Part shown: one piece after another, positions 48,606 to 58,483 of the stretch
Numbering within the stretch: position 1 is the first letter of the stretch
How the letters are laid out: every line of letters begins with the position of its first letter
Assembly (NCBI GenBank): GCA_044226015.1
Contig: JBGAHS010000002.1
Span: forward strand, 1,223,209 to 1,287,208
Direction of reading: 5' to 3'
Length of the DNA stretch: 64,000 nt
From: Candidatus Obscuribacteraceae bacterium
Lineage (GTDB): Bacteria; Cyanobacteriota; Vampirovibrionia; Obscuribacterales; Obscuribacteraceae
Translations under genes and position numbers: made by a program
Notes under the pieces: model-generated
What the model was told of the DNA's origin: nothing
What the model saw: only the letters and a program-made list of their open reading frames with translations
The model's database searches: none

Positions 48606-50207
48606 GTGACGACCACTGCATTAGAAAACGAAACATCAAAGATAAACGCCTACGACGAAACTCCATATGAGAGTTATCCATTCCCGCAATCTCATCCGGA
48701 CAGAATGGCTACACTGGCTACATTGTTCGGCATGAAGCCACAGCCAATTGACAACTGCAGAGTCCTGGAACTTGGTTGCGCAGCTGGTGGAAACTTGATC
48801 CCAATGGCATATTCATTGCCAGGAAGCACTTTCGTAGGTGCTGAGCTTTCCGAAAAGCAAGTTAGCGAAGGTCGCAAAGCTATTGACGGAGTTGGCTTGA
48901 AGAACATTGAGATCAAGCATCTCAATATTATGGATGTGAACAAAGACCTCGGCACTTTCGATTACATCATTGTGCATGGCGTCTATTCCTGGGTTCCAAA
49001 CCAGGTTCAAGACAAAATTCTTCAAATTTGCGAAGACTGTTTGAGCCCAAATGGTGTTGCATACATTAGCTACAACACCTACCCAGGCTGGCACTATCGC
49101 GGCATGATCCGCGACATGATGCTCTATCACTGCGAACCAATTCGCGACCCAGCAATGAAGGCTGGTCAAGCTAGAGCTCTTCTCGATTTCTTGGCCCAAA
49201 CAGTTCCAACAGAAAACAATGCTTACGGCATCATGTTGAAAAACGAGTTGGACCTGCTTCGCATGCAGAAAGACTACTACTTGTTGCATGACTATCTGGA
49301 AGAAGCAAACTCTCCAGTTTACTTCCACCAGTTCATCGAATCAGCAAACCGCCATGGTCTTCAGTACCTTGCAGAAGCTGATTTCAGCACCATGTTGACC
49401 AGCAACTTCCCAAGAGAAGTAGCTGAAACCCTCAAGAGAATTTCAAACGACATCGTCAAGACAGAGCAATACATGGACTTCGTGCGCAACCGCACATTCC
49501 GTCAAACATTGCTTTGCAGAAGCGACGTTGCATTGAACCGCAATCTGACCCCAGAAAGCATCACAAACCTCTACGTTTCTTCCGCTGCTAAACCAGAGCA
49601 CGCTGAGTTCGATCCGAACTTCCAGGGACAAGAGAAGTTCACAATGCCAGATGGTAAGTCGATCAGCACAGGTCTTCCGCTGGTAAGAGCTGCTTTCCAT
49701 CATCTGCACAAGATCTTCCCGCAAACAGTTTCCTTCGAAGAACTACTCATTCAAGCTCGTGGAATGATGAGCAGCGAAAGAATTCAAGGAAGCAACGCGT
49801 TTGCTCAAGAAAGACAAGTGCTCGCTGGAGACCTGCTCTCCTGCTACACAGTTGAGCTGGCAAGCTTCCGTTCACGCAACCTTCCTTACGTTGCCGAACT
49901 CTCAGACAAACCAAAAGTTAGCGATCTCGCTCGCTATCAGTCTGAAAATCAGCCAGTGGTTACAAACCAACTTCATGAATCAGTACCGATCGACATCTTC
50001 GCAGCTCGCTTGCTGAGACTCGCTGACGGTACCAGAAACAAAGCTCAGATTCTTGATGGTCTGGTTGAACTCGCTAAGAAGGGCGACCTGGTTGTTCAAA
50101 AAGATGGCAAGCCAGTCAACGACGACGAAACTCTTCGTTCACTCCTTTCAGGCGTGATGGAAGAGCGTCTTGCTCTTCTTCCAAGAGCAGCTGTTCTGGT
50201 CGGTTAA
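48606..50207 (+). CDS. Class I SAM methyltransferase with a regulatory domain (PKMT-like)
   Basis: YESYPF, VLELGCAAGGN, HGVYSWV, SYNTYPGW, LLHDYLE, EQYMDF..NRTFRQTLL; GAGAGGG RBS, GTG start. Confidence 0.85.
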   Translation: MTTTALENETSKINAYDETPYESYPFPQSHPDRMATLATLFGMKPQPIDNCRVLELGCAAGGNLIPMAYSLPGSTFVGAELSEKQVSEGRKAIDGVGLKNIEIKHLNIMDVNKDLGTFDYIIVHGVYSWVPNQVQDKILQICEDCLSPNGVAYISYNTYPGWHYRGMIRDMMLYHCEPIRDPAMKAGQARALLDFLAQTVPTENNAYGIMLKNELDLLRMQKDYYLLHDYLEEANSPVYFHQFIESANRHGLQYLAEADFSTMLTSNFPREVAETLKRISNDIVKTEQYMDFVRNRTFRQTLLCRSDVALNRNLTPESITNLYVSSAAKPEHAEFDPNFQGQEKFTMPDGKSISTGLPLVRAAFHHLHKIFPQTVSFEELLIQARGMMSSERIQGSNAFAQERQVLAGDLLSCYTVELASFRSRNLPYVAELSDKPKVSDLARYQSENQPVVTNQLHESVPIDIFAARLLRLADGTRNKAQILDGLVELAKKGDLVVQKDGKPVNDDETLRSLLSGVMEERLALLPRAAVLVG

Positions 50208-50293
50208 TCTCGAACCAATGAAGTCTGGAAGGGCGCACCGAACGGTGCGCCCGGCACACTCTGTTAGCCAATTCCACTAGAGCCACTGCCACA

Positions 50294-51034
50294 ATGCCTG
50301 AGATTGATTGGGAAATACTCAAACTCTGGGGTGAGAATCTCACCCCAATTTCGCGACTCACCGGCGGAGTCGCAAACAATGTGTGGAGCGTCCAAATTGG
50401 CGGCGAACTCGCTATCTGTCGACTGGGAAGCAGAAGCGACGCTGATCTGGCATGGGAAACAGATTTGCTTCAGAAACTCAATCAACATGGAATTGCTGCT
50501 CCCGTACCAATTCCAACAATGGACGGCGCCCTGTTTGCCAGAGGCATGGTTCTCATGACTTACGTAGAAGGTGAGGCACCAGCAAACGAATCAGACTGGC
50601 GTCGTGTGGCAGATTTATTGAGAGAAATGCACAAGCTAACACAGGGCTGGCCACAACGCCCAGGATGGCGCTCTTCCATTGAACTTGTGAATGTAGACAA
50701 CGGTACAAGAATAGATCTAAACGCCATGCCAGAGGAAGGTGTTCGGAGGTGCCGCGCTGCGTGGTCTCGATTCATCGGCAAAGCAACCTGCGTTGTTCAT
50801 GGTGACCTCAACCCAGGAAACATTCGAATTACCAGAGAGCGTGTCGCACTTATCGACTGGGATGAGTCACATGTCGACGTTCCAGAAATAGACCTTGTAC
50901 TACCGCATAACGCAGCTGGTCTTGATCCTGATGCCCTGGACATAGCTTCACAAGCTTCGTCAGCCTGGCAAGCCGCAGTCTGCTGGGACGATGATTACTC
51001 CAAAAGGCGCCTTGCCGAAGTTCGTCCTCTCTAA
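50294..51034 (+). CDS. Aminoglycoside phosphotransferase-like kinase (APH family)
   Basis: GGVANNV, HGDLNPGN, LIDWD. Confidence 0.8.
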   Translation: MPEIDWEILKLWGENLTPISRLTGGVANNVWSVQIGGELAICRLGSRSDADLAWETDLLQKLNQHGIAAPVPIPTMDGALFARGMVLMTYVEGEAPANESDWRRVADLLREMHKLTQGWPQRPGWRSSIELVNVDNGTRIDLNAMPEEGVRRCRAAWSRFIGKATCVVHGDLNPGNIRITRERVALIDWDESHVDVPEIDLVLPHNAAGLDPDALDIASQASSAWQAAVCWDDDYSKRRLAEVRPL

Positions 51035-51067
51035 ACAAACAAGGGCAAAACTCAGGCAAAAAAAATC

Positions 51068-51095
51068 GAGAGCGCACTTTATTTAGTGCGCTCTC
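51068..51095. terminator. Hairpin terminator between convergent genes
   Basis: GAGAGCGCACT...AGTGCGCTCTC with an A tract on the left. Confidence 0.7.
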
Positions 51096-51117
51096 TAATG
51101 AAGCAACGAATATATCG

Positions 51118-51831
51118 TTATCTCAACTGCCCGCTACTAGCCAATCCAGGAGCCAAAGACATCGGTTGATCGAGAGCAAATTGAAGTTTTGTATGGCTCG
51201 CGATCTTTACGTCCTTACCTTTACGCCAAACGTTACTGCCCAAGCCAACAGCGCCACCAGTGGCGACACCAGCGATTGCGCCAGCACCAACAGAACCAGC
51301 GACGATAGGAGCAAAGCAAATACCTAGAATCGTACCACCTGCAGTCCATGCAGCGGTTCTAACCATTCCTGATTTAACCGAACTGCTCTTGGTTCTGCCC
51401 TTCAAATTTCCTTCTTTATCTTCGTGCACACTCTTGTCTGTCTGATTTGCTGTAACAATTGCGGAAAGCGGATAGCGCGTTCCATCGGGAGTCACTGCAC
51501 CTGTCAGACGCATAGTAAGCAAGCCATTTTTTCCAGTGATACCAGCTTTTTCTGCGTCAGAAATTTGTCCTTCTAAAATGGTGTTCTGCGGCAAAACAAG
51601 ATCGCTTCCAAGATAGAGAGGCGATGAAAGCTTTGCACTGAAAAGGTCTCCGGGTTTCGTTACGGCGCTATCTATTCCGCTGGTTAGCTCCGCATCTAGT
51701 ACCGTACCTTGAGGTACATAGGTAATTCTTCCTTGCAATTGTTGGCCGTTGTATGTTTGAGCCACTGCAGGAAGCACCGTTCCTAGAGCCAAAACCACTG
51801 CGACCACCATATTTACGGGTGATCTTTTCAT
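51118..51831 (-). CDS. Secreted protein with a TrbI/VirB10-like beta domain and Gly-zipper
   Basis: Signal peptide AVA; VPQGT.L..EL...IDS....PGD.F; Gly-rich hydrophobic hairpin; RKGKDV. Confidence 0.65.
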   Translation of the reverse strand: MKRSPVNMVVAVVLALGTVLPAVAQTYNGQQLQGRITYVPQGTVLDAELTSGIDSAVTKPGDLFSAKLSSPLYLGSDLVLPQNTILEGQISDAEKAGITGKNGLLTMRLTGAVTPDGTRYPLSAIVTANQTDKSVHEDKEGNLKGRTKSSSVKSGMVRTAAWTAGGTILGICFAPIVAGSVGAGAIAGVATGGAVGLGSNVWRKGKDVKIASHTKLQFALDQPMSLAPGLASSGQLR

Positions 51832-52296
51832 AGAACTCTCCTTACTAGAACTGCCTCAACAAATTGAAGAATAACATAAACATTCACAATAGACCAAGAG
51901 TTCTGTAAGATTTTGGTCATTCTTTTTCCTTGCCTGATGCGGACTTACAGCTTTTGTTGTCAACATAGACATAAAGGATCCATCTGCACTTTATACACTT
52001 AATATCTTTTGTATTACAGATGCTCTGTTCAGAAAGTTGTTTCGAAAGAAGAATCATGCATAAGTCCTAAAACAAGGCATTTTCAGCCCTCCGAGGATTC
52101 CATAAAAGCTACCGCTGACGGTATCATAAACAAAAAAAATATTATCAGGCACTCCACACCAAAGATGGTGGCAAGCTCATCTATATATGTAGCCATCATA
52201 TGCAGTGCCGTGGAAAAACTTAAGCTTGCCAAACCCTGTGGTGCATGCAACTCGCCCGCATCTACAGGCTGCAATACGGTGCCACCATTCTATTTC

Positions 52297-52519
52297 GGTC
52301 CGATGGGACCCGAGAAGAGCTGAAGGAATCTTGCTGGCTTGGACTTGCATGGAAGCGGTTCTCACATGGAAGGATCCGATGGGATCAGATTAGAGCTCAG
52401 AGGGGATCCTGCTGGCTTGGACTTGCATGGAAGCGGTTCTCACATGGAAAGATCCGATGGGATCAGATTAGAGCTCAGAGGGGATCCTGCTGGCCTGGAC
52501 TTGCATGGAAGCAGTTCTC
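52297..52519. repeat. 78-bp tandem repeat, about 2.4 near-identical copies plus a degenerate leading part
   Basis: Units start GCTGGC at 52333, 52411 and 52489. Confidence 0.9.
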
Positions 52520-52939
52520 GGTTGGGAGCGCCACTGGTTGTTCACCCCAGTTCCGAAAAAGCCTTTCGCCGCTCAGATGAACAGCTCGCTGAAGCTGTGA
52601 AATGCAGGAACAGCTTTTTGCAAACCCAAGCAGACTTCTTCAAGCTGCGCTAAGTGCGTTGTAGTAGACAGGGGGGAAGATCAACAAGTTTAACTCAAAC
52701 CAAGAATGCTCTCTACCCTGGGCCAGCCCCCATTTATACGACTGAGCCGAAATGAAAGCACTTTGTCCCCAGTTGCTTCGCGACTCCCGTCTTTCGCATA
52801 CTCTCAATCACTTATCCTTCACAAACCCACTCCGAGAACCCCAAGAAAGAAAACTCCAGCAACAAAATTTGCACTTCTCTAGCAGGTTCAGCCTGATTGG
52901 GTTTGGTTCGAGTTCCAACTATTTACTGTGGAGACGGAA

Positions 52940-53203
52940 ATGCGTACTTCGAAAGCGGCTGCTTATAGCGCGGTTGTCTCGCTCTATTTTGGCCTCTTCT
53001 ACTTCGGCATTGGAACCTTCATGACTCTGTCGCAGCATCAGAGCATGGGCAAATTCCTTGTCGACTTCCTGATCGTGATGGTGACAATCTTCGGGCTGTT
53101 CACTTTCCTGTTCAAGGATTTGAGCGGCGCGTTCGACAAGCTCAACACGCCACGCGATACTGACAAGAACCCCTCCGATTCCGAGAACAACGGTCAGTCC
53201 TGA
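52940..53203 (+). CDS. Small 2-TM membrane protein, islet gene
   Basis: GGAGA RBS; two hydrophobic helices and a polar tail. Confidence 0.65.
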   Translation: MRTSKAAAYSAVVSLYFGLFYFGIGTFMTLSQHQSMGKFLVDFLIVMVTIFGLFTFLFKDLSGAFDKLNTPRDTDKNPSDSENNGQS

Positions 53204-53351
53204 ACCGTTTCGAGAAGTAGAGACAAAACAAGCACCTGCTCTTCCGAACCTTCGTTTGAACGAAGCCTTCGGGAGAGCGGGTTCGCTGCGCCAAGTTACC
53301 CTGGCAAATCTATCTCTCGACCTCAATAGCCAATTTTTTTGTTTCAGCAGC

Positions 53352-53368
53352 TGCTACATTACATAGTA
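53352..53368. other. Islet-end palindromic motif (TGCTA-N7-TAGTA)
   Basis: CTGCTA cattaca TAGTAT downstream of the hairpin after the 52940 gene. Confidence 0.45.
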
Positions 53369-53499
53369 TCTTGCCAATTCCGGAGATTTGATATGCATCA
53401 CTTTCTTTGCGTGGCAGTTCGCAAAATATACCGCTGGACTGCATTTGACGGTTTGCTTCTGGTGGTCCATAATCTTTTCGATTGCTTGAGGTCGGCTGA

Positions 53500-55725
53500 A
53501 TGTCAGTATTTACTGGTGCATTGTCCAAAGATAGATATCAACTTTTCCTGCTCAGCGTGCTCTCACTGTTCATGGAAATGCTGCTGATTCGCTATCTGGG
53601 AACAGAGATTTTGATCTTCGCCTTCTTCAAAAATCTAGCCTTGATGGCTGCTTTTCTGGGTCTTGGTCTAGGTTTTCTTTGCACAAACGATAAGCGCGAT
53701 TATTTCGGCTGGAGTACGCTGGCATTCTTTTTGCTAAGCGGAATCATAATGCTGGCATTGCCTTTGCATCTTACCTTCTTCAAATTCACTAACCCCTATG
53801 AACTGATGGTGGTCCTTCAAAAGCTCGATCCCAACGCCATCAATTTGCTCGCGGACAACACACGTACCTTATTGATCATGCTTGGACTTTTTGCCTTGAG
53901 CTGCTTTTCGTTCGTCGGAGTGGGACAGCGTATAGGGAGAGTCTTCGAAAAGCTGCGCCCTTTGGAAGCATACTCCATCAACGTTTTGGGTGGATTACTC
54001 GGCACTTTATTGTTTACCATTCTCTGTCAGGTTGAAACCTCACCAGGTATCTGGCTTCTCGTCAGTGGCGCGTTGATGTGCCTCGTAGAAATGCGTGCAT
54101 CTCACGTCGCTCTCTGCGCTCTAGGCTTGACCTACTGCGTGTGGCTGGGCCCGGAAATTGCCCGTATTTATTACGGTCCAAATTACATCAAAACCTACTG
54201 GTCTCCGTACTATCGCATTGACTTTGTTGAAAGCCTTACTGAAGGTGGAAAAGAACAGTCTCACTGGGGCTGGCATCTGATGGTCTGTTACGGAAGCTTC
54301 CAGGTAATGTTGGACTGCTCACCAGAGAACCTCGCCAAGTTTCCACCAGCCGTTCAAACTGGTATGCATAACGCTTTCGAGCATCCATATCACTTGACCA
54401 ACCAGGCTCCCAAAAAAGTTCTGATACTCGCCAGTGGCAGCGGAAGCGACGTAGCTGCAGCACTGCGCTGTGGTGCAGAGCATGTTGACGCAGTTGATAT
54501 CGACCCTGTCATCACCAAAATTGGTCGCACGCTTCACCCTGAGAAGCCTTACGCATCACCGAAAGTCAAACTACATGTTATGGATGCGCGAACTTATCTG
54601 CGCAATTGCAAAGAAAAATACGATTTGATTGTTTTTGCTTATCTGGATAGTCACACGGCATTTTCCTGCCTCTCATCCATGCGAACAGACAACTACGTAT
54701 TCACCAAGGAAGCCTTCGAGGAAGCAAATAAATTACTGGCGCCGGACGGTATCATGTACGTTTCATTCCTCTGCTTTAAAGATTGGCTATGGGACAGACA
54801 TGGAAAAGCACTCACTGAAGCAACAGGCACGGTGCCTCTGGCCTTTTGCACCAACAACGGTCACGTCGACGTAGGTTTCATGATTGCAGGACCAGGAGTA
54901 CGCGGCAAAAAACCGAGCGACCTGAATTTTCCGGCCCCAGTCCGTGCAATCGATCCCAACAGTACAGTAAACATATCCGAGGATGACTGGCCGTACGACT
55001 TCCTGCCAAGAAGAGAATTCTCCGGCAGCTATATTTTTCCCTTGCTGGCGGTGCTTGCCTTTGCCATCTGGAGCATTTTTAACCGAATAAAAGTTGATAA
55101 GCCAGACAAACTAAGCTGCCCGATGTTCTTTCTAGGAATGAGCTTCATGCTTCTAGAAGTCCGCGCCATGGGCGACATGTCGCTTCTCTTTGGCTCAACA
55201 TGGTATGTGAACCTGGTCACTATCTCAGCAATGATGGTCACCATTTTGCTAGGAAATGTACTTGCTACTAAACTGCAACCAAAACACATCGTTCCTCTGG
55301 GCGTCGCGCTCATGGGCACAATCGCATTGACCACCGTGGTGAAGGTGGCAAGCCTGAGCAGCCTGGGCACCACTCTTGGAGCCTTAGCAGCTATCGGCTT
55401 ATACGTTCTACCAGTCACCCTTGCCGCAGCAATTTTCGCTATATTGCTGAAAACAACAAAGACGACCATGGTATCACTGGGTTTGAATTTGCTTGGCGGC
55501 ATATTCGGCATAGCACTTGAGTATTTCTCTATGCTCTTAGGACTGCGCGCGTTAGGTTGGATGGCGGTTGCCCTTTACGGAATTGTTATAGCCACCTACT
55601 TATGGGCAAGTAAGGACGAAGCAAATGGCTCGCCACTCGCCAGCGCTGAATCAGGATCGTCCACAATTGAATCGCCCAGCACGGATGACCCCACCGGTAA
55701 TTCAGACGAAAATCCGCAGCCCTGA
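53500..55725 (+). CDS. Membrane-bound spermidine-synthase-like (fused multi-TM / SAM-binding) protein
   Basis: TM blocks flanking VLILASGSGSD, VDID, DARTYL, YDLIVF, DDWPY. Confidence 0.8.
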   Translation: MSVFTGALSKDRYQLFLLSVLSLFMEMLLIRYLGTEILIFAFFKNLALMAAFLGLGLGFLCTNDKRDYFGWSTLAFFLLSGIIMLALPLHLTFFKFTNPYELMVVLQKLDPNAINLLADNTRTLLIMLGLFALSCFSFVGVGQRIGRVFEKLRPLEAYSINVLGGLLGTLLFTILCQVETSPGIWLLVSGALMCLVEMRASHVALCALGLTYCVWLGPEIARIYYGPNYIKTYWSPYYRIDFVESLTEGGKEQSHWGWHLMVCYGSFQVMLDCSPENLAKFPPAVQTGMHNAFEHPYHLTNQAPKKVLILASGSGSDVAAALRCGAEHVDAVDIDPVITKIGRTLHPEKPYASPKVKLHVMDARTYLRNCKEKYDLIVFAYLDSHTAFSCLSSMRTDNYVFTKEAFEEANKLLAPDGIMYVSFLCFKDWLWDRHGKALTEATGTVPLAFCTNNGHVDVGFMIAGPGVRGKKPSDLNFPAPVRAIDPNSTVNISEDDWPYDFLPRREFSGSYIFPLLAVLAFAIWSIFNRIKVDKPDKLSCPMFFLGMSFMLLEVRAMGDMSLLFGSTWYVNLVTISAMMVTILLGNVLATKLQPKHIVPLGVALMGTIALTTVVKVASLSSLGTTLGALAAIGLYVLPVTLAAAIFAILLKTTKTTMVSLGLNLLGGIFGIALEYFSMLLGLRALGWMAVALYGIVIATYLWASKDEANGSPLASAESGSSTIESPSTDDPTGNSDENPQP

Positions 55726-55790
55726 TCAATCTGCTCCAAATAAGAAAACAAATCTTGAAACATCCAACACACTTGATCTAGCCTGTACTT

Positions 55791-56039
55791 ATGGACAAGA
55801 AACTAAAACGACTAAAAAAACTAAAGCTGCTCAAAGAAGTTGCTGCTGCTCAGAAGCAGGCGCTCCGACTTAGCCAGGAGCAACAAATAAATCTGGTACA
55901 GACAAAAATCATGGAGCAAGAACTTCAGCAACTCAAAGATCATTTAAGTGATCTCGAAGAGAGAAGAAACGAATTGCTCGCCAGAACGATGGCACTGGAC
56001 CCTTCGCTCTCTGCTAGCGAAGAGGAGACGGAAAACTAA
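55791..56039 (+). CDS. Small coiled-coil protein
   Basis: 82 aa with an L/Q/E-rich heptad pattern; ends just before the next start. Confidence 0.6.
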   Translation: MDKKLKRLKKLKLLKEVAAAQKQALRLSQEQQINLVQTKIMEQELQQLKDHLSDLEERRNELLARTMALDPSLSASEEETEN

Positions 56040-56043
56040 ATCG

Positions 56044-57255
56044 ATGTTCGAATTGGAAAAATCAGAGTTAAGCCATAAACACATCCTGACTCAAGCCGAG
56101 CAATTGAAACCTCGTCTCATTGAGATGCGCAGGCACATTCATGCAAATCCAGAGCTCAGCTTTGAAGAGCATGCCACCGCAGAATACGTTCAAAAGAAGC
56201 TTCTCGCTTTGGGCTATCAGGTTAAACCAAATATTGGTGGAACAGGAGTTCTGGCAGAAATCGGTGAAGGCGAGAAAATCGTCGGAATTCGAGCTGACAT
56301 GGATGCCCTACCAATTTCTGAAAAAAATCCGGCAGAATATTGCTCGACGAAAGAACAAGTAATGCATGCCTGTGGACATGATGCCCACACAGCCGCAGCT
56401 TTAGGTGCGGCAAACCTTCTTGCCAGACTTAACGAACAAAATAAGCTACCCACAAGATTTCGATTCATATTCCAGCCCGCAGAAGAAGCCTGCAACGATG
56501 ACGGACTCTCTGGCGCCAGCATGATGATGAAGGATGGTTGTCTCGATAAACTCAGTTCTTTAGTCGCCATTCACGTTCACCCGGGAATGCCCACGGGAAC
56601 ACTCGGTTTTAAGAGCGGTACCTTTCTTGCGGCCTGCGACTCTTTTCATATAACACTCAAAGGTCGAGGCGGCCACGGCGGTTATCCCGAAAATACAGTA
56701 GATGCCATAGTGCTGGCTAGCAATCTAATTCAGTCATTGCAGACTATAATTTCACGCCGCAAGTCAGCCCTCTCTCCTGCAGTGCTCACCATAGGCGGTA
56801 TCAAAAGCAATACTTTCAGACCGAACATCGTCGCAGAAGAAGTCGAAATGGTCGGCACTATTCGGTATTTCGACGAGCATTTAAGCCAATTTTTTGAAAA
56901 CGAAATTCTGAATGCTAACAAGATGCTTGAACCCTGGGGCGCATCATTGACCCTCAAATACTTCCGCGAAAATCCGCCTTTGCATAACGACGAAAAACTA
57001 ACCTCCAGGCTTCATGAAACTGCAAACGCTCTGCTTGGACAGGACAAGGTATTGAGTTTGCCACTTGAATTAGGTGCCGAGGATTTCAGCTTCTATACCA
57101 AACACATACCTTCTGTTTTCGCCATTGTAGGCTGTGGAATCGAAGGAAGTCCTCGCGAGATACACACCTCTACATTCGACATTGACGAAAACGCACTCGT
57201 TTATGGCACAGCATTCCTGACTGCTGCTGCCCTCGATATGGCTAACGATAACTGA
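56044..57255 (+). CDS. M20D amidohydrolase
   Basis: HANPELS, RADMDALP, MHACGHD, FQPAEE, AEDF. Confidence 0.9.
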   Translation: MFELEKSELSHKHILTQAEQLKPRLIEMRRHIHANPELSFEEHATAEYVQKKLLALGYQVKPNIGGTGVLAEIGEGEKIVGIRADMDALPISEKNPAEYCSTKEQVMHACGHDAHTAAALGAANLLARLNEQNKLPTRFRFIFQPAEEACNDDGLSGASMMMKDGCLDKLSSLVAIHVHPGMPTGTLGFKSGTFLAACDSFHITLKGRGGHGGYPENTVDAIVLASNLIQSLQTIISRRKSALSPAVLTIGGIKSNTFRPNIVAEEVEMVGTIRYFDEHLSQFFENEILNANKMLEPWGASLTLKYFRENPPLHNDEKLTSRLHETANALLGQDKVLSLPLELGAEDFSFYTKHIPSVFAIVGCGIEGSPREIHTSTFDIDENALVYGTAFLTAAALDMANDN

Positions 57256-57258
57256 ACC

Positions 57259-58305
57259 CTAGCTGTTGACCAGTTCGATTATTTCGCGCAGATCCATTCC
57301 GACTAAACCAAGGTCTTTTAGACGTCTTGCGTCAGCTCGAAGATCTTTCGCCATGACCTTACTTGCATCGTCTATGATCTTTTCAATTGTCGGTACTGGA
57401 TAATAAGCAACTTCTGCTAAATCTGTCAGAAGAACGAAGGTATCAGCAATGCGAGCGGCGAGGTCTTGCTTTTCGTGATCAAGAAAATCGCCGAATGCGA
57501 ATTGCAATTCGGTTCGAGCTGGAACGGAAACGTTATAAAGCTTACCTAAAGCATGAAGCTCAGCCTCAAAGGACTGCAAGATTGTCTTTTGCTCGACACT
57601 GAGAGCTGACATTGCCTGCCCTTTTTGTGCAGCCACTGCACGAAAAAGTTGAACAAGTACAATTGAGAGACTGTCTATGTCGCTCAATCCTCTTTCCAAC
57701 ACATTCGATGCAGGCACAAGTCCGGTGAAAAGCTGCCTTCCAACGGCAAGTCCACTTCGCGTTTCATTGATGGATCTTCCACATATAGCGACCTGTTCTT
57801 TCAATCCAGAAATTTCGAGGGCTCGTCCCTCAAATTTGCAACGGTCGAAAAGCGCACCCATCTCGATAATGTTGACGGCCATGCGTTTGCGGAGCTTATG
57901 CACCAGATTGGACAATTCAAAAGCAGTGCCTAGTGGAGCATCAACTATAAAGACCGTCTGCCCGGGGTTAAGCATCTCTGCCACCGCATTCAGTGCGGTT
58001 CGGTAATCACCTGCTTTTCCACAAACAAGCATTAAGTCAGAACTACGATAAACAAAATCATTCTCTGCACTTCTAGGAGTCTGGAGACGTCCGGCTTTGT
58101 AACTGACACCATCTCCCTTAATCAGAAGCTGCTCTGGAATATGCATCTCATGATTGGTGAACCTGACATCACGCCCCCTTGAGGACAAAAGCGCGGCTAC
58201 TGCAAGGCTCTCAACTCCGGTACTCACAATGTCGACTTCTTGACTTGGTACCACGGTCTCGGCCATTACTGCTACATTCTGCATAACCTTCTCCTTATCG
58301 GTCAC
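57259..58305 (-). CDS. Opine/octopine dehydrogenase-like protein (degenerate)
   Basis: PASNVLERGL and C-terminal VPTIEKII...RRLKDLGL resemble NAD/NADP octopine/nopaline dehydrogenases. Confidence 0.55.
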   Translation of the reverse strand: MTDKEKVMQNVAVMAETVVPSQEVDIVSTGVESLAVAALLSSRGRDVRFTNHEMHIPEQLLIKGDGVSYKAGRLQTPRSAENDFVYRSSDLMLVCGKAGDYRTALNAVAEMLNPGQTVFIVDAPLGTAFELSNLVHKLRKRMAVNIIEMGALFDRCKFEGRALEISGLKEQVAICGRSINETRSGLAVGRQLFTGLVPASNVLERGLSDIDSLSIVLVQLFRAVAAQKGQAMSALSVEQKTILQSFEAELHALGKLYNVSVPARTELQFAFGDFLDHEKQDLAARIADTFVLLTDLAEVAYYPVPTIEKIIDDASKVMAKDLRADARRLKDLGLVGMDLREIIELVNS

Positions 58306-58483
58306 CCGAATAGAAATTCATGGCAACCGGTTCATTAGGTCAGACTAATAGAATAGTCAGGATGTTTCAACAAAACAACATTTACTAACAAACCTTTAAT
58401 CAGAAAAGGGTTTGAAATTGTACAATTCAAGATCTACTAGAGATATCCAAAAGCCTCGTCAGGAGGGCATTCAAGCATAGCGT

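Noticed and set aside
50294..51034. APH-like gene as an antibiotic-resistance gene
   Set aside because: Only generic APH/choline-kinase superfamily motifs are visible, so the substrate cannot be inferred.
52297..52519. 78-bp repeats as a CRISPR array
   Set aside because: Whole units are repeated with no unique spacers, and no cas genes are in the window.
52650..52670. GTTGTAGTAGA as an eighth copy of the islet-end motif on the - strand
   Set aside because: Only one arm matches, and it lies upstream rather than downstream of an islet gene.
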